Notes under the pieces: generated by a model
Told to the model about the DNA's origin: nothing
What the model saw: only the letters and a program-made list of their open reading frames with translations
Databases searched by the model: none
NCBI GenBank assembly: GCA_963764625.1
Contig: CAVXTH010000009.1
Coordinates: 672,001 to 736,000, forward strand
Direction: 5' to 3'
Length of the DNA: 64,000 nucleotides
Source: Candidatus Krumholzibacteriota bacterium
Lineage (GTDB): Bacteria > Krumholzibacteriota > Krumholzibacteriia > JAJRXK01
Made by a program: the position numbers and the translations under genes
Shown here: positions 55,298 through 64,000 of the stretch, in pieces
Numbering within the stretch: the first letter of the stretch is position 1
How the letters are laid out: each line of letters opens with the position of its first letter

Positions 55298-55641
55298 GAC
55301 TTTGGTTCGTCCTTCAGCCGGGCTCGTTCGAGCGCGATTTCGCGCACGAGCCCGGTGATGTCCCTTTCCAGTCCTTCCAGGCGTGTGAAGAGTCGCAGGA
55401 GCAGGTAGAACACCAGGAGCAGGGCGAGATAGGTGACCAGATCGACACCTCGCCCGACTCCGACCAGATGGGCGAGAAGGGTGGTGAATTCGGGCCGAAG
55501 CACCACGATCCCCACCACGATCCAAAAGAGAGTCCAGAGCACGGCCGGGATTCGCGTCAGCTTCCCTTGGCCCTGTCGCCGCCAAATGGTAACGAGTGCG
55601 AAGAGACAAAAGAGAAGGATCAGGATTTGGATTGCCAACAT
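55294..55641 (-). CDS. DUF2304-family small membrane protein
   Basis: Three TM segments with LAHLVGVGRGVDL and ITGLVREIAL. Confidence 0.8.
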   Translation of the reverse strand: MLAIQILILLFCLFALVTIWRRQGQGKLTRIPAVLWTLFWIVVGIVVLRPEFTTLLAHLVGVGRGVDLVTYLALLLVFYLLLRLFTRLEGLERDITGLVREIALERARLKDEPKS

Positions 55642-55698
55642 GGTTCCCGCTTCGGTTGGAATGAAATCCTCGTGCTTCGGTCCCAGGAGTCTTGGCTA

Positions 55699-56709
55699 CT
55701 AGCCGTTCTCCTTTGAATCGACACCCCAGGCGCCGAGTAACCTCCAGGCGGCCTGCGTGACGGGCAGGTGCCCGCTCAGCACATCGTTCTCGACTTCGCC
55801 CAGGATACTCTGAACTGATTCGTCGTGGTAAAACGATTCGCGAAGCCGTTCCTCGACCATCCTGTGCAACCACTCCAGCGATTGCCGCTTCCGACGCTCG
55901 GCGAAGACGCCGCTCTTGCGAGTGAACGAGGCAAATTCTTCTACCATCTTCCAAAGCTCCTCGACGCCTTCGCCGGTGAGCGCCGACCCGCTTCGCACCG
56001 GTGTGGTCCAGCCGTCGGTGGCGTGGGGTAGAAGGCTGAGAGCGTTCTCGTAGCTCGTCCGCGTTTGCTCCGCCGTCCGGCGGTTCTCGCCGTCGGCCTT
56101 GTTGATGAGAACTCCGTCGGCGATCTCCATGATCCCACGCTTGATGCCCTGAAGTTCGTCGCCGGCGCCCGCAATGAGGACGAGCAGAAAGAAATCCACC
56201 ATGCCGCGCACGCTGATTTCGCTTTGACCCACGCCCACCGTCTCCACGATCAAGACGTCGTATCCGGCGGCCTCGAACAGCACCATCGTCTCGCGGGTCT
56301 TGCGCGCCACTCCGCCGAGCGTGCCACCGCTGGGGCTCGGCCGTATGAAGGCCTCGGGATCGCGCGCCAGGGTTTCCATGCGGGTCTTGTCCCCCAGGAT
56401 GCTGCCCCGGCTGCGGCTGCTGGACGGATCGACGGCCATGACGGCAAGCCGGTGCCCCGCCGCAGTGAGCTGGCGCCCCAGGCTTTCGATGAGAGTGCTC
56501 TTGCCCGAACCGGGAAGGCCGCTGACTCCCAATCGGATGGAGCGCCCCGCCCGGGGCAGAAGCGCCGCGAGGACCTCCTGTGCTCGCTCCTGGTGGTGGG
56601 GGGCATTGGATTCGATGAGAGTGATCGTGCGTCCCAGCAGGGTGCGATCTCTCGAGAGCACTCCCTCGACGTACTCGCTGGTGGGGAGAATCTCACGCGA
56701 GAAACTCAT
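55699..56709 (-). CDS. meaB: Methylmalonyl-CoA mutase-associated GTPase MeaB
   Basis: [44 protein letters not shown] and INKAD motifs. Confidence 0.95.
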   Translation of the reverse strand: MSFSREILPTSEYVEGVLSRDRTLLGRTITLIESNAPHHQERAQEVLAALLPRAGRSIRLGVSGLPGSGKSTLIESLGRQLTAAGHRLAVMAVDPSSSRSRGSILGDKTRMETLARDPEAFIRPSPSGGTLGGVARKTRETMVLFEAAGYDVLIVETVGVGQSEISVRGMVDFFLLVLIAGAGDELQGIKRGIMEIADGVLINKADGENRRTAEQTRTSYENALSLLPHATDGWTTPVRSGSALTGEGVEELWKMVEEFASFTRKSGVFAERRKRQSLEWLHRMVEERLRESFYHDESVQSILGEVENDVLSGHLPVTQAAWRLLGAWGVDSKENG

Positions 56710-58877
56710 GAAGACATCAGGTCCTGGAGGATTTTTTTCGCCGCGGCGGGGATGACGGTGCCGGGGCCGAAGATGGCCGCGGCGCCGTTTTCGTAAAGGA
56801 ACTCATGATCCTGTACCGGAATGACTCCCCCCAGCACGATCAAAATGTCCTCACGGTGCAGACGAACGAGCTCCGCCACGAGTTTGGGAAGAAGGGTCTT
56901 GTGTCCGCCGGCCAGAGTCGACATTCCTACCAGGTGGACGTCGTTCTCGACTGCCTGTCGGGCCGTTTCTTCCGGGGTTTGAAAGAGCGGACCGACGTCG
57001 ACGTCGAATCCCATGTCGGCGAACGAAGTGGAGATGACCCGCGCCCCGCGATCGTGTCCGTCCTGCCCCATCTTCGCCACCAGAATCCGGGGCCGGCGCC
57101 CTTCCTTCTTCTCGAAGGCATCCGCGAGGGCCCGCACCTCGTCGATCTCCTTGGAGTGACTGTATTCCGCACTGTACACGCCGTGAATCATCCCCGTGTC
57201 GGCTTTGTGTCGGCCCCAGACGGCCTCCAGAGCATAGCTGATCTCGCCCAGAGTTGCCCGTGCCTTTGCCGCCTCCACCGAGAGCTCGAGGAGATTCTCC
57301 TCCTTCGTTCGCGCCGCCTCGCTCAGGGCACGAAGTCTCTCTTGCACCAGCGCCTCGTCTCTCTTGGACTTGAGTTCTTCGAGGCGCGCGATCTGCTGCT
57401 CCCGGACCGCTCGATTGTCCACCTCCAGGATGTCCAGGGGCGCCTCCGTTTCCGGCTGGAATCGGTTCACGCCGACGATGATCTCATCTTTCGAGTCGAT
57501 CCTGGCCTGGCGGCGCGCCGAGGCTTCCTCGATGCGCAGCTTGGGCACGCCAGTGGCGATCGCCTTGGCCATGCCTCCCAGTTCCTCGATCTCCTCGATG
57601 TGGGCCAGGGCGCGCCGCATCAGGGCATCGGTGAGGGATTCCAGGTAGTAGCTTCCCCCCCAGGGGTCGATCACCTCGCAGATACCGGTCTCTTCTTGCA
57701 GGTAGAGCTGGGTGTTGCGCGCTATGCGCGCCGAGAAATCGGTGGGCAGAGCGATGGCTTCGTCCAGCGCGTTGGTGTGCAGGCTCTGGGTGTGACCCAG
57801 AGCCGCGGCCATGGCCTCGATGCATGTGCGCGCCACGTTGTTGAACGGGTCCTGAGCGGTGAGGCTCCATCCACTCGTCTGACTGTGCGTGCGCAGTGCC
57901 ATGCTCTTGGGGTCCTGGGGATCGAACTGTTTCATGAGCTTCGCCCAGAGCATGCGCGCCGCGCGGAGTTTGGCCACCTCCATGAAGTAGTTCATTCCGA
58001 TGCCCCAGAAGAAGGACAGCCGGGGCGCGAAATCGTCGACCTTAAGGCCGGCCTTCAATCCGGTACGGACGTATTCGAGACCGTCAGCCAGGGTATAAGC
58101 CATTTCCAGATCCGCGGTGGCTCCCGCCTCCTGCATGTGGTAGCCGGAAATGGAGACGGAATTGAACTTGGGCATGTGCTGCGCAACGTAGGCAATGATG
58201 TCCCCCGTGATCCGCATGCTCTGCTCGGGAGGATAGATGTAGGTGTTGCGTACCATGTATTCCTTGAGGATGTCGTTCTGGATGGTGCCGTTGAGCGAAG
58301 CCAGAGGGCAGCCCTGCTCCAGAGCCGCCACGATGTAGAAGGCCATGATGGGGAGGACCGCCCCGTTCATGGTCATCGACACCGACATCTGAGACAGGGG
58401 AATTCCTTCGAACAGAACCTTCAGGTCTTCCACGCTGTCGATCGCGACCCCCGCATTGCCCACGTCCGAGATCACTCGCGGATGGTCGCTGTCGTATCCC
58501 CGATGAGTGGCGAGGTCGAAGGCCACTGACAGTCCTCTCTGTCCCGCGGCCAGATTGCGGCGATAGAATTGGTTGCTCTCTCGGGCGGTGGAGAACCCGG
58601 CGTACTGACGAACCGTCCATGGGCGTCCGATGTACATGGTGGCATAGGGTCCACGGGGAAACGGCGGAATCCCGGCGGAGTACTGGAGATGCTCCAGCTC
58701 CTTCAGGTCCGAGCCATCGTAGAGCGGGCGGAGTTCGATTTTTTCCAATGTTCGCCTGAGCCACTCCTCGGGGTTTCGTCCGGTTTCTTCACGCACGCGC
58801 TGCTCCCATTCACCGCGCGTAGCGTGAACCTCGGGCATGCCGAGTGCGATGCGGGAAAAATTCGGCACCCGGCTCAT
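56706..58877 (-). CDS. scpA: Methylmalonyl-CoA mutase, large (B12-binding) subunit
   Basis: [36 protein letters not shown] and [10 protein letters not shown] (DxHxxG) motifs. Confidence 0.96.
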   Translation of the reverse strand: MSRVPNFSRIALGMPEVHATRGEWEQRVREETGRNPEEWLRRTLEKIELRPLYDGSDLKELEHLQYSAGIPPFPRGPYATMYIGRPWTVRQYAGFSTARESNQFYRRNLAAGQRGLSVAFDLATHRGYDSDHPRVISDVGNAGVAIDSVEDLKVLFEGIPLSQMSVSMTMNGAVLPIMAFYIVAALEQGCPLASLNGTIQNDILKEYMVRNTYIYPPEQSMRITGDIIAYVAQHMPKFNSVSISGYHMQEAGATADLEMAYTLADGLEYVRTGLKAGLKVDDFAPRLSFFWGIGMNYFMEVAKLRAARMLWAKLMKQFDPQDPKSMALRTHSQTSGWSLTAQDPFNNVARTCIEAMAAALGHTQSLHTNALDEAIALPTDFSARIARNTQLYLQEETGICEVIDPWGGSYYLESLTDALMRRALAHIEEIEELGGMAKAIATGVPKLRIEEASARRQARIDSKDEIIVGVNRFQPETEAPLDILEVDNRAVREQQIARLEELKSKRDEALVQERLRALSEAARTKEENLLELSVEAAKARATLGEISYALEAVWGRHKADTGMIHGVYSAEYSHSKEIDEVRALADAFEKKEGRRPRILVAKMGQDGHDRGARVISTSFADMGFDVDVGPLFQTPEETARQAVENDVHLVGMSTLAGGHKTLLPKLVAELVRLHREDILIVLGGVIPVQDHEFLYENGAAAIFGPGTVIPAAAKKILQDLMSS

Positions 58878-60991
58878 CAGTCGACCCCCAGTCGCTGGGC
58901 GATGAGCTGAAGCGTGGCGAGAATCGGGCTCTCACCGTGCAAGAACACTCCGACCCCGTCCTTTTTTAGGCGCGCGCGCAGACCCGGGTCCTTGGGGCAC
59001 GCGGCTACCACCACGGTGGACTCCGGCTGGCTGGTCTTCAGCTCGCGGATCAGGGTTTGTGTGTCTTTCGGGTAGTCTGCGTCGGCGGCGCACAGGAGCA
59101 GAATCGAGGCGCCGTTCTTCTCGATCGCTTGCAGCGCCGCTCTGCGGTCATCTCCGGATTGCCCGGGCAGGACTTCGAATCCGCCCACCTCGAGAAGCGA
59201 GACTGCGACGGCGAGCCCAGAAGAGTAAGCTTCTTCTCGACCCAGGGTGATGGGGAGCACTCGTAGCCGCTTTCCCTCCGCGCGTGCCGCCTCGACGCGT
59301 TCCCGGAAATCCTCGAAGGGGGCGGCTTCGCGACGCAGGGGAATCGCCTCGATGGCAGAGCTTTCGGACCCACCACGACTCGAGACGATCGAGAGCTCGC
59401 TGAAGCTCATCCTCGCGGCCGCGGCCTGCAATGCGGCCTCCACCAGGGTTTCCGCGTGCGCCGGATCCGGCGAACTTGCCGCGGCGGAGACCGCCTCGGC
59501 CAGCGCGCTCTCGGCCGCGCGCACCCGCTTGGGATCGCGCCCCTCATGGCTCGGCTTGGAGGCTGCCTGCCGCTTCGTCACCGGCGGAGTCTTGTTCGCG
59601 GAAGTGGAGTCCGATGGCCTGGCGGCGGGGTACTTGTTGATGCCGATGCGCACCAGGCGGCCCAGTTCTGCTTTCTCGAGTTCCTCTCGATGGGTGGAGG
59701 CGATCCTCGCCTGGACCGATCCTTCGCGGAGGGCGGACTCGAGCCCTCCGCTCGCTTCGACCTCTTGCAGGATCTGCCACGAACGGTCTGCGAGTTCGGC
59801 TGTCATCCGCTCGATGTAGTAGGAGCCGCCACCGGGGTCCATCACGTCGGCGACGCGAGCCTCGTCCTTGAGGATGTACTGGAGATTGCGGGCGAGTCGG
59901 CGGGCGAACGCGGTCTCTCGCGGGAGCGCGGCATCGAACCCGTCGACATGAATGCTGTTTGCGCCTCCCACCGCGGCGCTGAACGCCTCGCTGGTGGCGC
60001 GGAGCAGATTGAGATGGGGCTGCTGGCACGTCAGGTTGCGCCGGGAAGTTCTCGCGTGCAGGGGAGCGTGGCAATCCTGCTCCTTGACGCCACAACTTAA
60101 GAGCACGCGCGACAGCAGCATCCGCGCCGCGCGCAGTTTCGCGATTTCGGTGAAGAACGTGGAACCGATCGCGAAACTCCAGTGGAGATGAGCTGCCGCG
60201 GTGGAAGGATCGACGCCGCGCTCCTGCAGTTCCCGAAGACTCGCGACCACTGCCGCCAGGGCCAGGCCGAGTTCCTGTGCGGCGTGGGCGCCGCCATCGT
60301 GCCAGATTTCGCCGTGGCACCAGATCGTCCCCATTTCCGGGGCGTGCTTGGCGCACCACGTCGTTGTCGCTGCCAACTCGTCGAAACTATGGGCGAGGGA
60401 TTGGGGGAGTTCGCCGTCACGCGCGAGAGCTCCCAGCGGATCAGCCGCGATGGCGCCCTGCCAATTCTCGGAAGGAAGACCGAGCCTCTGCCAGTAGGCG
60501 CCGAGGACGGCCAGAGGCTGAAGGCTCAGCGCGCCGGCATCGAGGAAGACTGCGGCCGAAGCGGTTTCGGCTCCGCCCAGAATGGTCTCGAGTTCGTCGA
60601 TCGAGAGAGACGAGTTGCCCAGACGCGATGGCAGCGGGAGGACGAGGTGGATGATCTCCTCCTCGCGCAGCACTTCCAGAGTTTGGGCATCGTAGCTGAG
60701 CAAAGATTCGTCTTCGCCCATCTCCTGAGCGACCCGCCAGCCGCGCTCGCTGAAGGCCGAATTCCCTCGGGTGAAGGGGGCGAAGCCCGGAGGGGCCTCT
60801 TGGTGGTGAAGACCGGTCAGGTCCTCGGCGCGGTAGATCGGCGCGAGAGGCACTCCTTCGACAGTCTCTCGCTCCAGCAATTCCTGGAAGGCGGCTTCAC
60901 CCAATAGCTCGAGGGCGCGCGTTCGCCAGGCCCCTGGCTTCTCGGGAGGGAACTCTCGCAGAATTCTCTCTCGGGCATTCGGAGAAGGCAT
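58877..60991 (-). CDS. mutA: Methylmalonyl-CoA mutase, small subunit
   Basis: [31 protein letters not shown] and [10 protein letters not shown] motifs. It lacks DxHxxG and is coupled to the large subunit. Confidence 0.88.
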   Translation of the reverse strand: MPSPNARERILREFPPEKPGAWRTRALELLGEAAFQELLERETVEGVPLAPIYRAEDLTGLHHQEAPPGFAPFTRGNSAFSERGWRVAQEMGEDESLLSYDAQTLEVLREEEIIHLVLPLPSRLGNSSLSIDELETILGGAETASAAVFLDAGALSLQPLAVLGAYWQRLGLPSENWQGAIAADPLGALARDGELPQSLAHSFDELAATTTWCAKHAPEMGTIWCHGEIWHDGGAHAAQELGLALAAVVASLRELQERGVDPSTAAAHLHWSFAIGSTFFTEIAKLRAARMLLSRVLLSCGVKEQDCHAPLHARTSRRNLTCQQPHLNLLRATSEAFSAAVGGANSIHVDGFDAALPRETAFARRLARNLQYILKDEARVADVMDPGGGSYYIERMTAELADRSWQILQEVEASGGLESALREGSVQARIASTHREELEKAELGRLVRIGINKYPAARPSDSTSANKTPPVTKRQAASKPSHEGRDPKRVRAAESALAEAVSAAASSPDPAHAETLVEAALQAAAARMSFSELSIVSSRGGSESSAIEAIPLRREAAPFEDFRERVEAARAEGKRLRVLPITLGREEAYSSGLAVAVSLLEVGGFEVLPGQSGDDRRAALQAIEKNGASILLLCAADADYPKDTQTLIRELKTSQPESTVVVAACPKDPGLRARLKKDGVGVFLHGESPILATLQLIAQRLGVD

Positions 60992-61051
60992 CGATTCCGC
61001 CTCCGGGACGATCCTAGGAGAGTGGACTCTCCCTCGGCTGCTTGCGGTCGG

Positions 61052-62806
61052 TCAGCTCTTCAAATTGAATTTGGCACCGGTCCACGCCGCGAAGCTCTTC
61101 TTCTGCTCGGGTGTAAGGTCCGCAAGTGCGACCAGTTGCATGGGGGGGTACGGGTTCGCAAGGAACTTGATGCTGCCCTCCACGAGTCGTCCGTGCCGGA
61201 ACGCGTGCCATTGAACCGTCTCGCCGGGGCGGTACAGTTTCAGGCGTTTCTCGAGATCGCCCGAGATTTCCAGGCCGTCCAGAGCTGCGATCACGTCTTC
61301 CGCCATCAGTCCCGCGGTGTACGCGGAACCGCCGGACAGCACGCTCGAGAGCACGCTTCTCCCTTCCTTGACCTGCACGCTGGCGCCCAGCCAGGCCGTC
61401 TCGACTTCCTCTTTTTCCAGGGGCTTCTTCTGGATCCGCAGACCCACGTGCGCGAGGGCCTCGTCGTAGTCCAGCTTGACCGTGCCATCGATCGTGTCGC
61501 CCAGGAAAACCGACATCTCGATTCCCGTCGCGGCCTTCACGATTTCGGGATAGCTTCCCTCGGCCACGCCCTCGCCGGCGGCGTAGACCTTGGACCAGAG
61601 ATAACGCATGACGTCATCCAGACTCTTCTCGTCGCCACTCAGCCGGCGCAAATGGAGATCGAGGAGCAGCGCCACCAGCATCCCTCTCTGATAGTAGCTT
61701 ACTTGGGAATTTTGTCCGTCGAGACTGGGCCGATAGAGCTTGATCCAGGTGTCGAAAGAAGAGTCGGAGACGCTCTGTACCTGATTTCCCGGGCGCGCCC
61801 ATTCCGCGCGAATGTTCTCGGCCGTGAATTCCAAGTAGCGTTTGACGCCGTACACGCTCGCCCGCAGGGGAATGAGTTCGTCGTAGTAGTTCGTTACACC
61901 CTCGAAGGCCCACAGTAAACGGGTGTGCGTTTCCCTGCGGTAATCGTAGTTCAAAAAGAGCTCGGGACGGATTCGCTTGACGTTCCAGATGTGGAAGTAC
62001 TCGTGAGCCACCAGAGTGAGGAAACGGTGGTATTCGACTTTGGGGCGGAAACCCAACCGAGGCCACGCGAGCGCGGTGCTCATGCAGTGCTCGAGTCCGC
62101 CCATGCCGGTCTCGGTGAGAAGCAGAATGAAGAGGTAACGCTTTAGATCGGAAGGGAGACCGCCGAAGATCTTGGCCTCCGCTTCGACGATGGCCTCCAT
62201 GTCCTTCAGCATGGGCTTCAGGTCGAAGTTGCCCTCCCCTTCGATCACCAGCTCGTGCTTCACTCCCGCCGCCGTGAACTCATGCAGTGGCATCGCTCCC
62301 ATTTCCATGGGGCTGTCCACGAGCGTATCGTAGTCAGCGACGAGAAAGACGTTCTTGCCCTTGCCGGGCAGGGCGGTGTACACCGACCAGCCGTCGGGGC
62401 ATTTTACCTCCAGCTGTGCGGGACGTTCCTCGAGGCCCTCGATAGCCAAGAAAGTGCCGGCGGGATTGATGAACGCGTGCTGGTCCGTGATGTCGTTGGT
62501 GCGGACCGTGAGTTCCGGCGCGAAAACGCGGTAGACCACGCGCAACGAGCGGGCGTTCTTGGTGTCGACTTCCCAGCTCAGTTTGTCGGTCTTTTGAGTG
62601 TCAAGCGAGGATTCGCCGTCGAAGGCATCGAGCCGGATGACGTTTCCCGCATACTCGCGGAGGAGATAGGAACCGGGCACCCAGGCTGGCATCCACAGCC
62701 GCAGCGGCCGTTCGAAGGGTCCATCCAGGGTGATCTGTACCTCGAGATGGCGGGCGGGAATGTCGGCGATCGACAGACGGTAGCGTGGGTTGCTCTGCCC
62801 TTCCAT
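61052..62806 (-). CDS. M61-family (glycyl) aminopeptidase with PDZ domain
   Basis: MPAWVPGSY, GGLEH, HEYFHIWNVKRIRP, WAFEGVT and SYYQRG motifs, plus a C-terminal PDZ. ATG at 62806. Confidence 0.92.
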   Translation of the reverse strand: MEGQSNPRYRLSIADIPARHLEVQITLDGPFERPLRLWMPAWVPGSYLLREYAGNVIRLDAFDGESSLDTQKTDKLSWEVDTKNARSLRVVYRVFAPELTVRTNDITDQHAFINPAGTFLAIEGLEERPAQLEVKCPDGWSVYTALPGKGKNVFLVADYDTLVDSPMEMGAMPLHEFTAAGVKHELVIEGEGNFDLKPMLKDMEAIVEAEAKIFGGLPSDLKRYLFILLLTETGMGGLEHCMSTALAWPRLGFRPKVEYHRFLTLVAHEYFHIWNVKRIRPELFLNYDYRRETHTRLLWAFEGVTNYYDELIPLRASVYGVKRYLEFTAENIRAEWARPGNQVQSVSDSSFDTWIKLYRPSLDGQNSQVSYYQRGMLVALLLDLHLRRLSGDEKSLDDVMRYLWSKVYAAGEGVAEGSYPEIVKAATGIEMSVFLGDTIDGTVKLDYDEALAHVGLRIQKKPLEKEEVETAWLGASVQVKEGRSVLSSVLSGGSAYTAGLMAEDVIAALDGLEISGDLEKRLKLYRPGETVQWHAFRHGRLVEGSIKFLANPYPPMQLVALADLTPEQKKSFAAWTGAKFNLKS

Positions 62807-62816
62807 GGCTTCCTTT

Positions 62817-63968
62817 CTAGAGGGCCTTGACCATCTCCTCCAACTGAATGTCACGGTGAGCCAATTCGGCGCGGAAGATCTCTGCCGGGACGCCTCGCTC
62901 CAGCGGTACCACACCGCGCGCCTCGACTTGTCCTCGCGCGATCATTGCGGCGATGATCGCGGTGGGATAGCCGGTCATGCGCATCATCGCGGTGATGCCG
63001 TTCTCTCGATCGAAGCGATCCACGATTTGGGTCTTCACCACCAGGGGAATGTTGTTCTTCATTCCCTCGGCGCTCACTCTGAGCAGCACCACATCGGCTT
63101 CCTGGTAGCTGCACTGTTCCCGGATGAGATCCGCGAGCTGTTCACGGGGCACGTAGCTGCTTCCGTCCTCGGCCGGTTTGGGCTCTCGCGAAAACATCCC
63201 TTCCTCGTAGAATCTCCTCATCTGTTCACCATGGCCCGAGTAGCGAATGGTCTTGTAGTCCATGTTGCTGACCTTGTGGCCCAGAGTACGGGGGAGGGTC
63301 GAGAGACCACCCGAAGTGTTGAAGCACTCGAGATCGGAGAAGGGCTCCGGAAAACGAATGGGCTCGATCTCGGTGAGCGGCTCGACGGAAAACAACTCGC
63401 CACCTCGCATGACGAGACAGGGCTCACTGTATTCGTTCAGCAAGCCTTCGACGTTGAAGGTGAGCATGTAGCCGAAGTCGCCCTGCGCCTTCTGCGGCAA
63501 TCCTCCGACGCGAATACTGAGACTGTCGACGCGCGTGAGACGCGCGCACGCGTCCGCCGCCAGAAGGACGGCCAGGCCGGGCGCGAGTCCGCAGTCGGGA
63601 ATGACCACGATCCCGGCTTCCTTGGCCGCGTTGTCCAGATCGAGCTGTTGTTCGACCACGGAGTTGTTTCCGCCCAGATCGACGAGGTGCGTCTTCATTT
63701 CGATGGCGTCTTCGGTGATCAGCAGATTATGGCGGTAGGGAAGCGCGTTGATGGCGACGTCCACATCCTCCATGACCACACGGCACTCTTCCCGGTTGTT
63801 TGCGTCGATGGGTTCCGGTTCGACCCTGGGGTCGTCCAGCCACGAGCAGACTTCGTCGAGCTGCTCGGGATTACTGTCGACGATCACGATTTCGGCTTCT
63901 GGGTCGCGAAGCAGGTCGAAGGCGATGGCCCGGCCTTGCTGACCGGCGCCGAAGAGGACGTATCTCAT
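62817..63968 (-). CDS. Saccharopine dehydrogenase / lysine 6-dehydrogenase family oxidoreductase
   Basis: GAGQQG Rossmann motif, DLGG, PDCGLAPG, RVGGLPQ, YKTIRY.GH and TAMMRMTG. Confidence 0.88.
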   Translation of the reverse strand: MRYVLFGAGQQGRAIAFDLLRDPEAEIVIVDSNPEQLDEVCSWLDDPRVEPEPIDANNREECRVVMEDVDVAINALPYRHNLLITEDAIEMKTHLVDLGGNNSVVEQQLDLDNAAKEAGIVVIPDCGLAPGLAVLLAADACARLTRVDSLSIRVGGLPQKAQGDFGYMLTFNVEGLLNEYSEPCLVMRGGELFSVEPLTEIEPIRFPEPFSDLECFNTSGGLSTLPRTLGHKVSNMDYKTIRYSGHGEQMRRFYEEGMFSREPKPAEDGSSYVPREQLADLIREQCSYQEADVVLLRVSAEGMKNNIPLVVKTQIVDRFDRENGITAMMRMTGYPTAIIAAMIARGQVEARGVVPLERGVPAEIFRAELAHRDIQLEEMVKAL

Positions 63969-64000
63969 GTTTTGACAGATCCTTGGTCACTAAGCTCGGG

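Noticed and set aside
9913-61918. Long antisense or alternative-frame ORFs (e.g. 9913-11958, 19734-21872, 32330-33850, 46557-48416, 54395-55954, 56805-58529)
   Set aside because: They are shadows of well-supported genes, typical of high-GC codon bias, and have no recognisable motifs.
1-64000. CRISPR arrays, tRNA/rRNA genes, IS elements, prophage or defence systems
   Set aside because: I found no regularly spaced repeats, cloverleaf or rRNA signatures, or transposase, integrase, phage or defence motifs by eye. The intergenic gaps are short.

Overview
This is a GC-rich, gene-dense 64-kb bacterial chromosomal segment with about 50 CDSs. I found no rRNA, tRNA, CRISPR array, integrase or transposase. 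Several secreted proteins end in a FlgD-Ig/T9SS-like 'PNPFNP...WxGxD..G..(V/L)ASGxY' domain, which suggests a diderm FCB-allied candidate phylum such as Krumholzibacteriota, Eisenbacteria or Latescibacterota (inference). Housekeeping content includes class II RNR nrdJ with tandem NrdR boxes, pstSCAB with a Pho-box-like triple repeat, a ClC channel, pyk, mqnD, a variant (CxxxY CcmE) cytochrome c maturation cluster with a small ccmD missing from the ORF track, methylmalonyl-CoA mutase with meaB, and several peptidases. The best candidate for an uncharacterised system is a tightly coupled five-gene operon at 24076-29755: a KamA-type radical-SAM lysine 2,3-aminomutase, two Ddl-like ATP-grasp ligases, a GNAT-deacetylase fusion and a GNAT. 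It looks like a pathway for a reversibly acetylated beta-lysine-containing peptide or amide. A second candidate at 31117-35415 couples a RimB-RimK(+RCK_C)-M14 deacylase glutamylation module to a PP2C phosphatase and a minimal kinase. Six reading-frame breaks in five genes (five are +1 insertions) are probably assembly errors. All product calls come from recognising motifs by eye; no database search was run.
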